A DNA stretch of 48,466 nucleotides from Pirellulales bacterium (GTDB lineage Bacteria; Planctomycetota; Planctomycetia; Pirellulales; Pirellulaceae), in assembly GCA_038256795.1 (NCBI GenBank), contig JBBSJZ010000001.1, forward strand, positions 1-48,466, read 5' to 3'. The translations under genes were made by a program, and so were the position numbers. Within the stretch, counting starts at the first letter, position 1, and every line of letters starts with the position of its first letter. Shown here piece by piece: positions 30,030-39,163 of the stretch. The notes under the pieces were generated by a model that worked only from the letters and a program-made list of their open reading frames with translations, was not told the origin of the DNA and made no database searches.

Positions 30030-31385
30030 TCAGTTCCCTAAATCGAAAGCGGCGAGTCGTTTTTCATCCTTGATGAACAACCGCTTGCCGGAAACGGCAG
30101 GAGTTCCGAAACAAGGTTCACTCATGACGGGTTCTTGGGTGAACGACAGTACGCGCGGTTCGTCCTCACCGCAAAGCACCGATGCCAAGTGGCCACGTTC
30201 GCCCAGTAGAATCATCGCATTGCCGGCGATCAGTCCCTGGCCACGACGGAGGATGCTGTGATACCGCCAGCGTAACTTGCCGGTGGCGAAGTCAACGCAG
30301 CGGAGTTCGGCGCCGCCTTGGCCCGCCGACGTGAAGGCGTACACGAGTCCATCGCGAAGCATCAACGTGTTGTACTGGCAATCGATGATGCGTCGGTCTT
30401 TCCAAACTTGTTCATGGCCGCGATCGGGCAAGATCCGGAGGCAAATCGCGCCGGGGCCCGGCCCCGTCACCGCGAGCACTTTGTCGTCATGCACGATGGG
30501 TGAAACGGAGTTGTAGGACATCGGCGCCTTGCTAAACAGCTCGACAAACCAGTCGAATTCGCCGGTGTCGGGATTGAGCGAGATGAGCCCCTTGTCGGTC
30601 ATGAGCAAGACGAATCGCTTGCCATGAACGCTGGTGACCACTGGCATTGCGTAGGCGACACCGTGGTCCATCGCGGTCCAGCGAGTTTCCCCCGTCGCGG
30701 CATCCATCGCGATCACACCGGCGTTTTGTGAACCAGCTCCCAGGTTCAAAATGAGTTGGTCGCCGTCCAGCAGCGGGCTGGTGCCGACGGGAAAGATCGC
30801 TGGCTCGACGTCGTACTCCGCATGCAGCTCACGATGCCAAACGACGTGGCCATCGTCGAGATCGAGGCAATCGAATTGGCCTTGGCCACCGATGTGAAAG
30901 ACACGTCGCGACTTGGCGTCGATCACCGGTGTGCTGTAGGGGCCGTTGCTGTACTCAAACTCACACTGGGCGGTGGTCGAATAACGGTGTTGCCAAAGCA
31001 GTATTCCATCTTCGGCTCGATGGCACTGGACGATTTCTTCATCACCGACGCGATGGCTGACGACGACGCGCCCGTCCGCGACCACGGGTGAGCCGTAGCC
31101 TGTGCCCATCTCCGCTTCCCAAAGCAGTGGCGGGCCAGTGTCCGGCCAGATAACATTGGCCGACACATCACCTCGCGATGTTCGGTGGGGACCGAGTAGT
31201 GCGGGCCAATCATCGCGAGACTGGAAATCAGTGGGCGTGGTCGCATACTGGGCACGCGCCGCTTGATCCGGTGCATCCGCAACTTTCGGTTCCACTAGCG
31301 GCAATTCGTAGTCGCGCTGCGGCGCGGGGCGATTGCAACCCAGAACGAGAGCGACGAGCAGCAGCGGATAAGTGATTGAGTGCAT
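30030..31385 (-). CDS. PQQ-like/BamB-like beta-propeller lipoprotein
   Basis: 451-aa ORF. Lipoprotein signal MHSITYPLLLVALVLGC. Repeated blade motifs EDGILLWQH, DDGHVVWHRE, ATGETRWTA, DTGEFDWFV, ATGKLRWRY. Confidence 0.85.
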   Translation of the reverse strand: MHSITYPLLLVALVLGCNRPAPQRDYELPLVEPKVADAPDQAARAQYATTPTDFQSRDDWPALLGPHRTSRGDVSANVIWPDTGPPLLWEAEMGTGYGSPVVADGRVVVSHRVGDEEIVQCHRAEDGILLWQHRYSTTAQCEFEYSNGPYSTPVIDAKSRRVFHIGGQGQFDCLDLDDGHVVWHRELHAEYDVEPAIFPVGTSPLLDGDQLILNLGAGSQNAGVIAMDAATGETRWTAMDHGVAYAMPVVTSVHGKRFVLLMTDKGLISLNPDTGEFDWFVELFSKAPMSYNSVSPIVHDDKVLAVTGPGPGAICLRILPDRGHEQVWKDRRIIDCQYNTLMLRDGLVYAFTSAGQGGAELRCVDFATGKLRWRYHSILRRGQGLIAGNAMILLGERGHLASVLCGEDEPRVLSFTQEPVMSEPCFGTPAVSGKRLFIKDEKRLAAFDLGN

Positions 31386-31426
31386 GAGTTCCTTGATGGT
31401 TCGTTCGTCACTGAATGGTTAGCCTC

Positions 31427-31462
31427 GTAGGCCGGATCGAGGCTTGGGGAGATCCGGCCTAC
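31427..31462. repeat. REP-like palindromic element, copy 2 (perfect 12-bp stem GTAGGCCGGATC / GATCCGGCCTAC)
   Basis: Stem 31427-31438 / 31451-31462 with a 12-nt loop. Sits in the 86-nt gap between the pseudokinase stop and the BamB-like start. No T-tract on either side. Confidence 0.55.
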
Positions 31463-31471
31463 GTCAATACA

Positions 31472-32608
31472 CTAAGGAACTCGAAATTCTTCGAGCGATT
31501 CGATGACAACGGGGGCTTCATTGGTTTCGACGTTCACGACGGATGAATCACCGTTCCCAAGACTCGCCAACCACGCGAATCCACCGAGCATCACGATAAA
31601 ACTGGCAAGGACGCCGGCGAGCTTGGGATAGCTTGCCAGTCGAATCCGAGGTCGATCGACAAACGTGCTTGGCGGACGCGAGGGCAACAGCTCGATCGGC
31701 TCGGCCACCCGTTCTTGGATCGCCGTTTGCAATTGCACATTCGCAGCTTTGAGTGAGTCGATCCGCTCGGAGGGATCTGCCGCCGTGAACCGCTGAATCA
31801 CCGGCAACAGGTCTCTCCAGGGCGTATCCACGTCGAGGCCATTGCCCGCCGTCGATCGCCAATCACCTGAAACGGCGAAGAGCAACACTCGTCCGATACT
31901 GTAGATCAGTCGCCGGCAACCGGTGCTCTGCGATCCGGAAATCGTTTCGGGCGGCATGCAAGCTCGATCGTCACTGGCGAAGACCAACGCGTCAGTGCTG
32001 GTGATGCGGCGTTTGCGAAGGAACACCAGCACATCGGTTTCGTCCAGATCGACCAATCGTACTCGGCCATCCGTGGTGAAGATGACTTGCCGAGGACGAA
32101 GACCCTGAAGCGAATCCACTTTCGCTTCACGAAAACACTCGATAACGCGGGCGATCATGCGAACCGCGTCATCGCGATGCAGCGGCCCATGCCGATCGAC
32201 AAGATCTTGAAGGCTCTCACCAATCACATGCTCGCGGATGACATACAATCGATCGTCGTGATCGAAAATTCGATCAGGCAGTGTCAGTCTCGGTGATGAT
32301 ACAGACAGAGACGTTTTCGCGATCGAGCGATACGAATCGGTATCGAGGGAAAGCTCCTTCGCAAATCTTCGCATCCGCAGCATCCGTCCGCTCGGTAGCT
32401 CACGGACGAGGTACGTCTCCGCGTGTGGCTTGGATTCGAGCAAGTCAACGATGAGATACCGATCAACCAACAGGTCGCCCAACCGGTTTTGGGCAACAAG
32501 ACGCGATTGCAAAGGGGTCGGTCCCGCCGCGCGGTCGGAGCCAGGAGCATTACAGGCCGCATGATACAGGGATCGATTCGATCTCCACCACCATGCTGGA
32601 TTCGCCAT
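31472..32608 (-). CDS. Membrane-anchored protein-kinase-like protein with degenerate catalytic motifs (pseudokinase)
   Basis: ORF 31472..33136 trimmed to ATG 32608, 5 nt after the giant gene's stop; the longer ORF overlaps that gene out of frame. Kinase-like fold signals are YVIREHVIGESLQDLV (hinge) and MPPE (APE-like). There is no G-loop, the VAIK Lys is LRMRRF, HRDLKPxN is LQGLRPRQV, and DFG is DLD. C-terminal TM LAGVLASFIVMLGGFAWLASL. Confidence 0.7.
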   Translation of the reverse strand: MANPAWWWRSNRSLYHAACNAPGSDRAAGPTPLQSRLVAQNRLGDLLVDRYLIVDLLESKPHAETYLVRELPSGRMLRMRRFAKELSLDTDSYRSIAKTSLSVSSPRLTLPDRIFDHDDRLYVIREHVIGESLQDLVDRHGPLHRDDAVRMIARVIECFREAKVDSLQGLRPRQVIFTTDGRVRLVDLDETDVLVFLRKRRITSTDALVFASDDRACMPPETISGSQSTGCRRLIYSIGRVLLFAVSGDWRSTAGNGLDVDTPWRDLLPVIQRFTAADPSERIDSLKAANVQLQTAIQERVAEPIELLPSRPPSTFVDRPRIRLASYPKLAGVLASFIVMLGGFAWLASLGNGDSSVVNVETNEAPVVIESLEEFRVP

Positions 32609-32613
32609 GGCAA

Positions 32614-35600
32614 TCACTGCCGCAACCGGCTGAGCGTGTCCCACACCTTGAGCCGATTCTCCTCGCCGACGGTGACCGCGTACTCGGGCACTTGTAGAGC
32701 GGCATCCGTATCGGAGATTGCCACGCCGACGACCGGACCGCTGTGTGCCGGGCGGCCGTCGGCAGTCAAGTCGATGACTTTGCCAGTCCCCAAGTTTCCG
32801 ATTTGAACGTTTCCTCGATCGTCGGCGGTGATCAGCCATTGACCATCCTGGGTTACCGAATACCGCGGTCGACCACTGGAAGTCAGCAGCGGTATCGATC
32901 GTAGGGTGGAGCCGACAACGCAGCTGACGACTTGCATTTGGTTGCCCCGTCGAAAGGCGATCAACGTCGAGCCAGCGAAACTGGTGCCGCGTTCGGCTCG
33001 CTCCTTGGGCGTCAAACGACGCGTTACAAAGAACAGCGGTCGGTTCGCGCTCTCGTCCAAGAATGGGCCTTCGCGTTCGACCGGCCCTACGAATCGGTGG
33101 ATGCCTGCAGCCGAAGGCAGACCGCTTGCGGGCCATTCGATGCGATAGACGCTGTACGCGTACCGCTCCTCCGAAATTTTAGAATGCACCACTAACATGC
33201 GGTCGTCGGGCGAGAAGCAGAGCGTTGACGGTCCCGGCGATCCTTTCTCTTGATTCTCACCCTCGCTGTTGGGTTGAATGATCCAAGGATTGCTCATGCT
33301 CCCTTCTTCCACCAAAGTAATTTGTCGCGGATCGAGGGTCGATGGATCGGCGATGAGCAAGCGGTATCCATTACGTTCTCGCACATTGAATGCGATCGCG
33401 CGATGGGTGTTCGCGAAGGCCATCGCCGTGATCTCGCTCTCAAACCCGCGCAGGGTCGCGACCGGCGCCGCCGACTGACGCATCAGGTCTTCGTTGCGGA
33501 ACACCTGCAGCGCGACGCTTTCCTGGTTGGGCAAACCGCGATTGGCGATCGCGAAGAGTCGCTCTTCGCCGTAGGGCGGATCGTCCGACGACGTCGCGTA
33601 ACGAAGCGCTTCTAAAATTGACCTTGAAGTTCCGTCCTGAGAAAACACCTGCAAGTCGGGCATCGTCAGCACGCCACGGCCATCGGGCAATCCGAACAAC
33701 TCGCGCACTTCCAATTGCAAATCATCCCAGGCGTGCGTCTGGACGCCGGTAACGCCGAAGTCCCAAACGTAAAGCGAACCGGGTTGTTGGGCGCTGCGAG
33801 GCATGGCGGCATAAACGAATCGCCCGTCGTTCAACTGTGGCTCTACCGTTCTGACGCCGCCGCTGAAGTCGAATTTTGTTTCAGCGCTGAATAACAGATT
33901 CGATTGATTGTCGGCGAAGGTTTTTGATCCGGCGGCACGTTTTAAACTCGTCAGGCTACGTCGTTGCTCGTGAAAGTCCCGACGAGCATTGACGAGGCGA
34001 GCGACGACAGCGTCCGTCGACTCCGTGGACGCTTCGATCCGTTTTAGTTCACGATATTTCGACGCCACTTCACTGGTTTGGCGAGAGTCGTCCTCAAACA
34101 AACTGAACACCTCTCCTTCGGCCGAAATTCCCGACCCGGTCAACAGCGCCGCGCGCACATCCGCGAATGCGTCTTCTTCCGCGGATACTTCTTCAAAGGC
34201 TGCATCAATCTCTGGTAGGTTTTGTAGATCTGTCGACGCGACGGCCTCGGCTTGAGGAATCGCGTCATCGCGTCCCTCCAGCGACCCGGCCGGTATCGAC
34301 CAGCGGCGGACGGACCGGTCTGCCGAACAACTGACAAGCTGGTTGCCGCCCTCCGCGATCGCCAACGAAGCGATAGGAGATTCGTGCCCGATAAACTGGA
34401 ACGCCGATTTCTGGTTGCTCAAGTCGATCACTTCGATCAAGCCTGAACGTTCGCCCACGATCAGCTTGCTGTCACTGACGAACTGAATCGCATCCGCTGG
34501 CGAACGAAGTGCGACGCTGACCGACGGCTCAAGTTCACCGCCCCAGGCCATGTCGCGACCGAGCTTCCACACTTTGACATGCGGCGTCGCACCCCCAAAG
34601 CTGACCGCGATGGCGTTTCCGTCGGCGCGAATGATCGCGGCCAGCGGCAACGGCTCACCCTGGGCGAGCGTCACGATATCGGGTTTCGCCGTTGATGACG
34701 ATGTCAACGATTCGATCGTGACACTCTTGTCCGTCGCCGCGAGCACGTACTTCCCCTGACTGGCGTTCAACAGCCGCACCGCTCCGTCACACCGCTGCAG
34801 CCGTGATGACAACCGTCGAGGCGCCCGCACCGCGATCCCCGCATCGCCCCCAATCCAAACCGCATCATGATCCGCGATGCTCAAGGTTCTCGGAATTTCC
34901 GCCAATTCATTGCGTTCCAACTCAACGGCGTCCAGCGAATCGAAACTGCGCACCGATCGATCGTCCAAGGCGACATGCACTCGAGCCGAGTCCGCAGAAA
35001 ACGCGATCGCCGTGATCGCACCGGGAACGCTCCATTGAAGTGGTTGGCTCTCGGGATCTTTCAAATTCCAAATGACCACCGTGGACCCACTTCCCAGTCG
35101 TCCCGAGCCGGACGCCGACGCGGCCAACTTCGTGCCGGCAAGATCGACGGCCAATCGATCGAAAGAAACATTTTCACTCGCAACGAGAGCCTTCGTCTGA
35201 CTTTTCGCAACATCAAATACCGAGACCGATGACGTGCCATCGGCGATCGCGATGGCACCCAGCTGCGGTAACTCGATCAAGTCTTTCACGGTCTTGAACT
35301 GTAACCCAATGCCTCTTCCGTTCTCGTCGATAGGCACGACTTGCATCGATGCCTTGCCTTGGGACCGAATGGCCAGAGAGGAGGCGTCAATGAACATGGC
35401 TCGTTCGACGTCGCCATCCACTTTGATCTCAAGCGGCGCGGTATCGCCGCCGGCCAGTTGATGAACGAGCAAACGACCGTCGGTTGCCAGCGTCGCGATT
35501 CGAGTTTGCCGTGCTCGCGTTAAGATCTGTTTCGTTGGCGGCAACCCCTCTCGCCACGTTCGCGGCGAAGCCGGATCCGTGCAATCCAGAATCCGCCCAC

Positions 35601-38139
35601 TCTTTTGTTCGAGCGCCAGCACCAATCCTCCCTCGAACGTTTCTATTTGCGAGATGGCTGCGTCACTGACTTGGTGAGACGTCTCGATTGAACCCGTCGC
35701 CGCGTCCATCAACCAGAGTTGGCCGGTCTCGGTGACCGCTATCAATTGCGAATCGGTATCGCGATAGGCGAAGTCGTTGATGCGGACCGGGTCATCGTCC
35801 GACCAGACGATGCTCGCCAGTAACCGTGGCCGAATCGCACCCTTGCTGTCCACCACCAAGCAACCGCCATCGGCACGTGGAAACAGTTGCTCGATTCCCG
35901 TCGGCTCATCGTGCTCAGCGACCAAGAAGCCCGTCGACGCTTCGATGGTGACGATGCGGCGATTGTCGCTCGCGATGATGGTCTTGCCCGTCGAATCCCA
36001 GGTCGCCTGGCGACAAACAAACTCCGACGGCAACTTGATCGCTGGGCCCAACTCAGTTGTCGTGCTCAGCCATAAATCACCCTGATCATTCGCGACCACA
36101 AACTCCGCTGAGCGTGGCGAGGCGGCGAGCGCCGTGACGGTGCCGCGTGGTAACTTGACACGAGTTGCTTCTGCCACTCCTTTGGACACAATTTCTAACT
36201 CGTTGCCGGATCCGAACACGGCGACCGAGTCACCCAGTGATGCTTGAGTGAACGACGTGCTGATTTTGACCGTGGGTGCCGCCGCGATCGCTTCCGACGA
36301 GACATCGGCAACGTTCAGCGTCCTCAACACACCGCCATCGTCGACGACGCGGACGATCCCAGCGTCACCGACATGAATCGCTCGAATGGCTTTCGCATCA
36401 GGTAATTTCAATAACGGTACCGGACGACTTCGCTGTTGATCCGACTGCCAAACCCACAATTCGCCTTGATCGTTGCCGAACACGCTGACGCCTCCATGAA
36501 ACGCGATCGACGTCAGCTCACCCGGCATCGATGCGAGCGAGGTCGAGCCCGCAATGCGTCCGTCACTTGCATCATAGAGTCGCGCCAAGCGATTTTCTTT
36601 GGCGACCAACACCACACGATCGGAGCCGCTATCCGACGCGATCGTCAATTGGTCGCCCGATTGTGGCAACGCGAATGACTGCGACGGCGCAATGATTTTT
36701 CCGTAACGCCCCACCGATGTCGCGAACATCACGGCTCGCTGCCCCGGTATCGGCGTCAATACCGTGACCTGGTCCCGCAAATTCAAGCGGCCAATCGATG
36801 TCGCGGTCGCCGCCTCAAAGAACTCGATGGTAGCCTGATCCGTGGTCGCCGCAATTAATCTCACGGGGGACGCGTCGAGCGAACACGCGTCCGTCACCAC
36901 ACTGCCGCCGGGGACACGGTAGCGCTGCCGAACTTTCGCGTCGACAACGCCCAAAACCAGGGCGGACGAATCAGCAGCAAACAACACACCCTCACCATCC
37001 TCGGTCGTTCGCAGCATCCGTACGTTGACGGTCGGCAAATCGAGATTTCGCCGCTGAACAATCGGCAACTCGAAACGACGAACGTTCCCTTGTTGGTCAG
37101 CCGCGATAACGCCCTTCGCACCATCGACAAACGCGAGCCCTGTCACGGGCGCACTCGACGTGGTCAATACGCTCTGCCGGATCTTTCCGTCCTGCGGCGC
37201 CCACACTCGGACTTGGCCCGTCGTATCCCCCACCGCCAAACCGCCGCCAGAGCTACTCTGAATCATGCGAGTCGGCGACCCTGCCAATTCGACATAATCA
37301 CGAAGCGACTCAGCATCGGGCTGACCGTTTTCGAGCCGCCAATAGACCACTTTGCCCTTGCTGCTCGACGCTTTCCCAGCCGTCGGTGCCACCGCCGCAA
37401 ACAAGAATTTCCCATCGCCATACGACTGCATACCAACGACACTATCGTTGCCCACGCTCAAACTCGATGCGGCGTCGGACGCCTCCAGCCACAACCGCAC
37501 GTCGCCTTCACGATCACCCGTCACATAAGCCCCCGCATAGCCGACCGGCGCAATCGCGGTGATCGCGTGAGCATGCGCGAACTGTCCTTGGGAAGCGACT
37601 TGCCCGCGACGACGTTGACGCTCGAACGCGTCCAATCCCGAAACCTCGTCGACCGAGAAAACCTGGACGTTTCCGACCGTGTCGCCCGCAAACAAACGAC
37701 GTCCGCCTGGATCGAGAGAAAATGCAGCGGGCGTGAACGATGGCCCACCAATGGCCCGGATCAGCTTCTTATTCTCCATGTCGAACAATCCGACCGTGGA
37801 GTCACCACGATCAAACGCAAGCAAACGACCGCCGTTATCTAGATCGATTGCAGGCGGTGGTGGGATATCGACGCCCGTGACCACAAGCGGTGCCGCCAGC
37901 TCTGGAACCGTCGCTGCGGTCTCACTCGGCGGAGCTGCCGCCGCCACAGCCACCGCGGCAACTGCCTCGAGCGGTGCGGGCGCTGGTGGTGGTGCAGCTG
38001 CGGCTGCGGCCTCCACCTCTTCGGTTTCCGCTCGCGCCGTCCGTTGACGCGCTCGCGCCATCATCCGGTCCTCCATGCTCTCACTGCATCCGACCACCCC
38101 AGCCAAGAGCGAGACTAGCGACAACGATCGAACGATCAT
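32614..38139 (-). CDS. Giant (~1840 aa) multi-beta-propeller (WD40-like) lipoprotein
   Basis: ORF 32614..38421 trimmed to ATG 38139, giving MIVRSLSLVSLLAGVVGC (lipobox-like); ATG 38205 is an alternative. Ala/Pro-rich linker, then many WD40-like blades (e.g. GHESPIASLAIAEGGNQLVSCSADRSVRRWSI; AHSGPVVGVAIS...GEENRLKVWD). One ~120-aa acidic/helical linker. Confidence 0.85.
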   Translation of the reverse strand: MIVRSLSLVSLLAGVVGCSESMEDRMMARARQRTARAETEEVEAAAAAAPPPAPAPLEAVAAVAVAAAAPPSETAATVPELAAPLVVTGVDIPPPPAIDLDNGGRLLAFDRGDSTVGLFDMENKKLIRAIGGPSFTPAAFSLDPGGRRLFAGDTVGNVQVFSVDEVSGLDAFERQRRRGQVASQGQFAHAHAITAIAPVGYAGAYVTGDREGDVRLWLEASDAASSLSVGNDSVVGMQSYGDGKFLFAAVAPTAGKASSSKGKVVYWRLENGQPDAESLRDYVELAGSPTRMIQSSSGGGLAVGDTTGQVRVWAPQDGKIRQSVLTTSSAPVTGLAFVDGAKGVIAADQQGNVRRFELPIVQRRNLDLPTVNVRMLRTTEDGEGVLFAADSSALVLGVVDAKVRQRYRVPGGSVVTDACSLDASPVRLIAATTDQATIEFFEAATATSIGRLNLRDQVTVLTPIPGQRAVMFATSVGRYGKIIAPSQSFALPQSGDQLTIASDSGSDRVVLVAKENRLARLYDASDGRIAGSTSLASMPGELTSIAFHGGVSVFGNDQGELWVWQSDQQRSRPVPLLKLPDAKAIRAIHVGDAGIVRVVDDGGVLRTLNVADVSSEAIAAAPTVKISTSFTQASLGDSVAVFGSGNELEIVSKGVAEATRVKLPRGTVTALAASPRSAEFVVANDQGDLWLSTTTELGPAIKLPSEFVCRQATWDSTGKTIIASDNRRIVTIEASTGFLVAEHDEPTGIEQLFPRADGGCLVVDSKGAIRPRLLASIVWSDDDPVRINDFAYRDTDSQLIAVTETGQLWLMDAATGSIETSHQVSDAAISQIETFEGGLVLALEQKSGRILDCTDPASPRTWREGLPPTKQILTRARQTRIATLATDGRLLVHQLAGGDTAPLEIKVDGDVERAMFIDASSLAIRSQGKASMQVVPIDENGRGIGLQFKTVKDLIELPQLGAIAIADGTSSVSVFDVAKSQTKALVASENVSFDRLAVDLAGTKLAASASGSGRLGSGSTVVIWNLKDPESQPLQWSVPGAITAIAFSADSARVHVALDDRSVRSFDSLDAVELERNELAEIPRTLSIADHDAVWIGGDAGIAVRAPRRLSSRLQRCDGAVRLLNASQGKYVLAATDKSVTIESLTSSSTAKPDIVTLAQGEPLPLAAIIRADGNAIAVSFGGATPHVKVWKLGRDMAWGGELEPSVSVALRSPADAIQFVSDSKLIVGERSGLIEVIDLSNQKSAFQFIGHESPIASLAIAEGGNQLVSCSADRSVRRWSIPAGSLEGRDDAIPQAEAVASTDLQNLPEIDAAFEEVSAEEDAFADVRAALLTGSGISAEGEVFSLFEDDSRQTSEVASKYRELKRIEASTESTDAVVARLVNARRDFHEQRRSLTSLKRAAGSKTFADNQSNLLFSAETKFDFSGGVRTVEPQLNDGRFVYAAMPRSAQQPGSLYVWDFGVTGVQTHAWDDLQLEVRELFGLPDGRGVLTMPDLQVFSQDGTSRSILEALRYATSSDDPPYGEERLFAIANRGLPNQESVALQVFRNEDLMRQSAAPVATLRGFESEITAMAFANTHRAIAFNVRERNGYRLLIADPSTLDPRQITLVEEGSMSNPWIIQPNSEGENQEKGSPGPSTLCFSPDDRMLVVHSKISEERYAYSVYRIEWPASGLPSAAGIHRFVGPVEREGPFLDESANRPLFFVTRRLTPKERAERGTSFAGSTLIAFRRGNQMQVVSCVVGSTLRSIPLLTSSGRPRYSVTQDGQWLITADDRGNVQIGNLGTGKVIDLTADGRPAHSGPVVGVAISDTDAALQVPEYAVTVGEENRLKVWDTLSRLRQ

Positions 38140-38686
38140 GGCGGCAATCACCAGCGCTGGCTCAAGACGGTTCGTTGAGATCCAGATTCCAGGTCTTCGA
38201 GTCATAACGGTTAGGTATCTGCGGTCGATGGAGCAAAAAACGCCGCGAACTCCGGCCATCAGGGTCAAACCCCAAGCACCAAACGCTCGCACCCAAATTG
38301 TCGCACAAATGATCGATTGATTGCACCCAATCGAGATGAGAATACCACGAGCGAATTTCGTGAATTTCCGATGAAGAACAGCTCTTGGCTGAAAATTTTT
38401 GTTCCCATTCGCTGCAATCAATACATGGCTGAAGAACGATCTGAGATCTCACTCCGTGCGACTATCGCGATAGCCGAGATTGTCCATCGGTTTCGCTCGT
38501 TGCGTCCCAAACGAAAACATTTTTCTTGCAACATGCTCAGCGACTCATGCCAAAGTCACTGCTAAGTCAAAACATGAAGATTGCGTCTGCATGTGTTGTT
38601 GCGTCGACCGGGCTTCGATAAGCTCGCGTCAAGACGGTCCGCACACTTACTTTCCACTCGTTGCTCAACCAGGAAATCACCATCAA

Positions 38687-39160
38687 ATGAATCTGCCGTT
38701 ATTCGTCCAGTGGTGTGGAGTGGTATTTTTCGTGGTGGTGATTTTGACTGCGACGGTACTCTCAATCGCCGCTTGCGTCCTCGCATTTGTCACGAAGAAA
38801 GCAGATCTGCTTACGGCGTTCTTACCGCTCACCCTCACACCCTTCGCCATCGCCGCAAGCACGACCCTGATTGACTTAGCATCGTCAATTGCCACACAAC
38901 TGGACGCTGATTCCGCCGCGATTGATCCTGCTCTCCTGCTACAACTCAATCTCATGCAGCTCTTGGTCGGTGTGGTCGCCACGATCCCTGCCGCGACGAT
39001 CACCATCCTAGGGCGATTGCTATTGCTACTAGGCGCCAGCGGGGTCGTGCTAGTACGCAAGCGAGAGAACGTGAACGAAGGACCCGCTAAATTCACAGCA
39101 GAAGAATGGGTGAATCGGGAGACGAACGATTACCTCGAAAAGCTGGTTCGGCAGCGTTAG
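38687..39160 (+). CDS. Small polytopic membrane protein (hypothetical)
   Basis: ORF 38480..39160 trimmed to ATG 38687. 157 aa with 3-4 hydrophobic helices (VVFFVVVILTATVLSIAACVLAFV, LLTAFLPLTLTPFAIAA, LLVGVVATIPAATITILGRLLLLLGA). No recognised domain. Confidence 0.5.
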   Translation: MNLPLFVQWCGVVFFVVVILTATVLSIAACVLAFVTKKADLLTAFLPLTLTPFAIAASTTLIDLASSIATQLDADSAAIDPALLLQLNLMQLLVGVVATIPAATITILGRLLLLLGASGVVLVRKRENVNEGPAKFTAEEWVNRETNDYLEKLVRQR

Positions 39161-39163
39161 AGA

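Noticed and set aside
32609-33136. N-terminal 176 codons of ORF 31472..33136
   Set aside because: This part overlaps the 3' end of the giant propeller gene in another frame and is Arg-rich nonsense. The kinase-like homology begins after ATG 32608, which sits 5 nt past the giant gene's stop.
38140-38421. N-terminal extension of the giant ORF (start at 38421 or 38205)
   Set aside because: The extension has no signal-peptide logic, whereas ATG 38139 yields a textbook lipoprotein signal (MIVRSLSLVSLLAGVVGC). ATG 38205 cannot be excluded.
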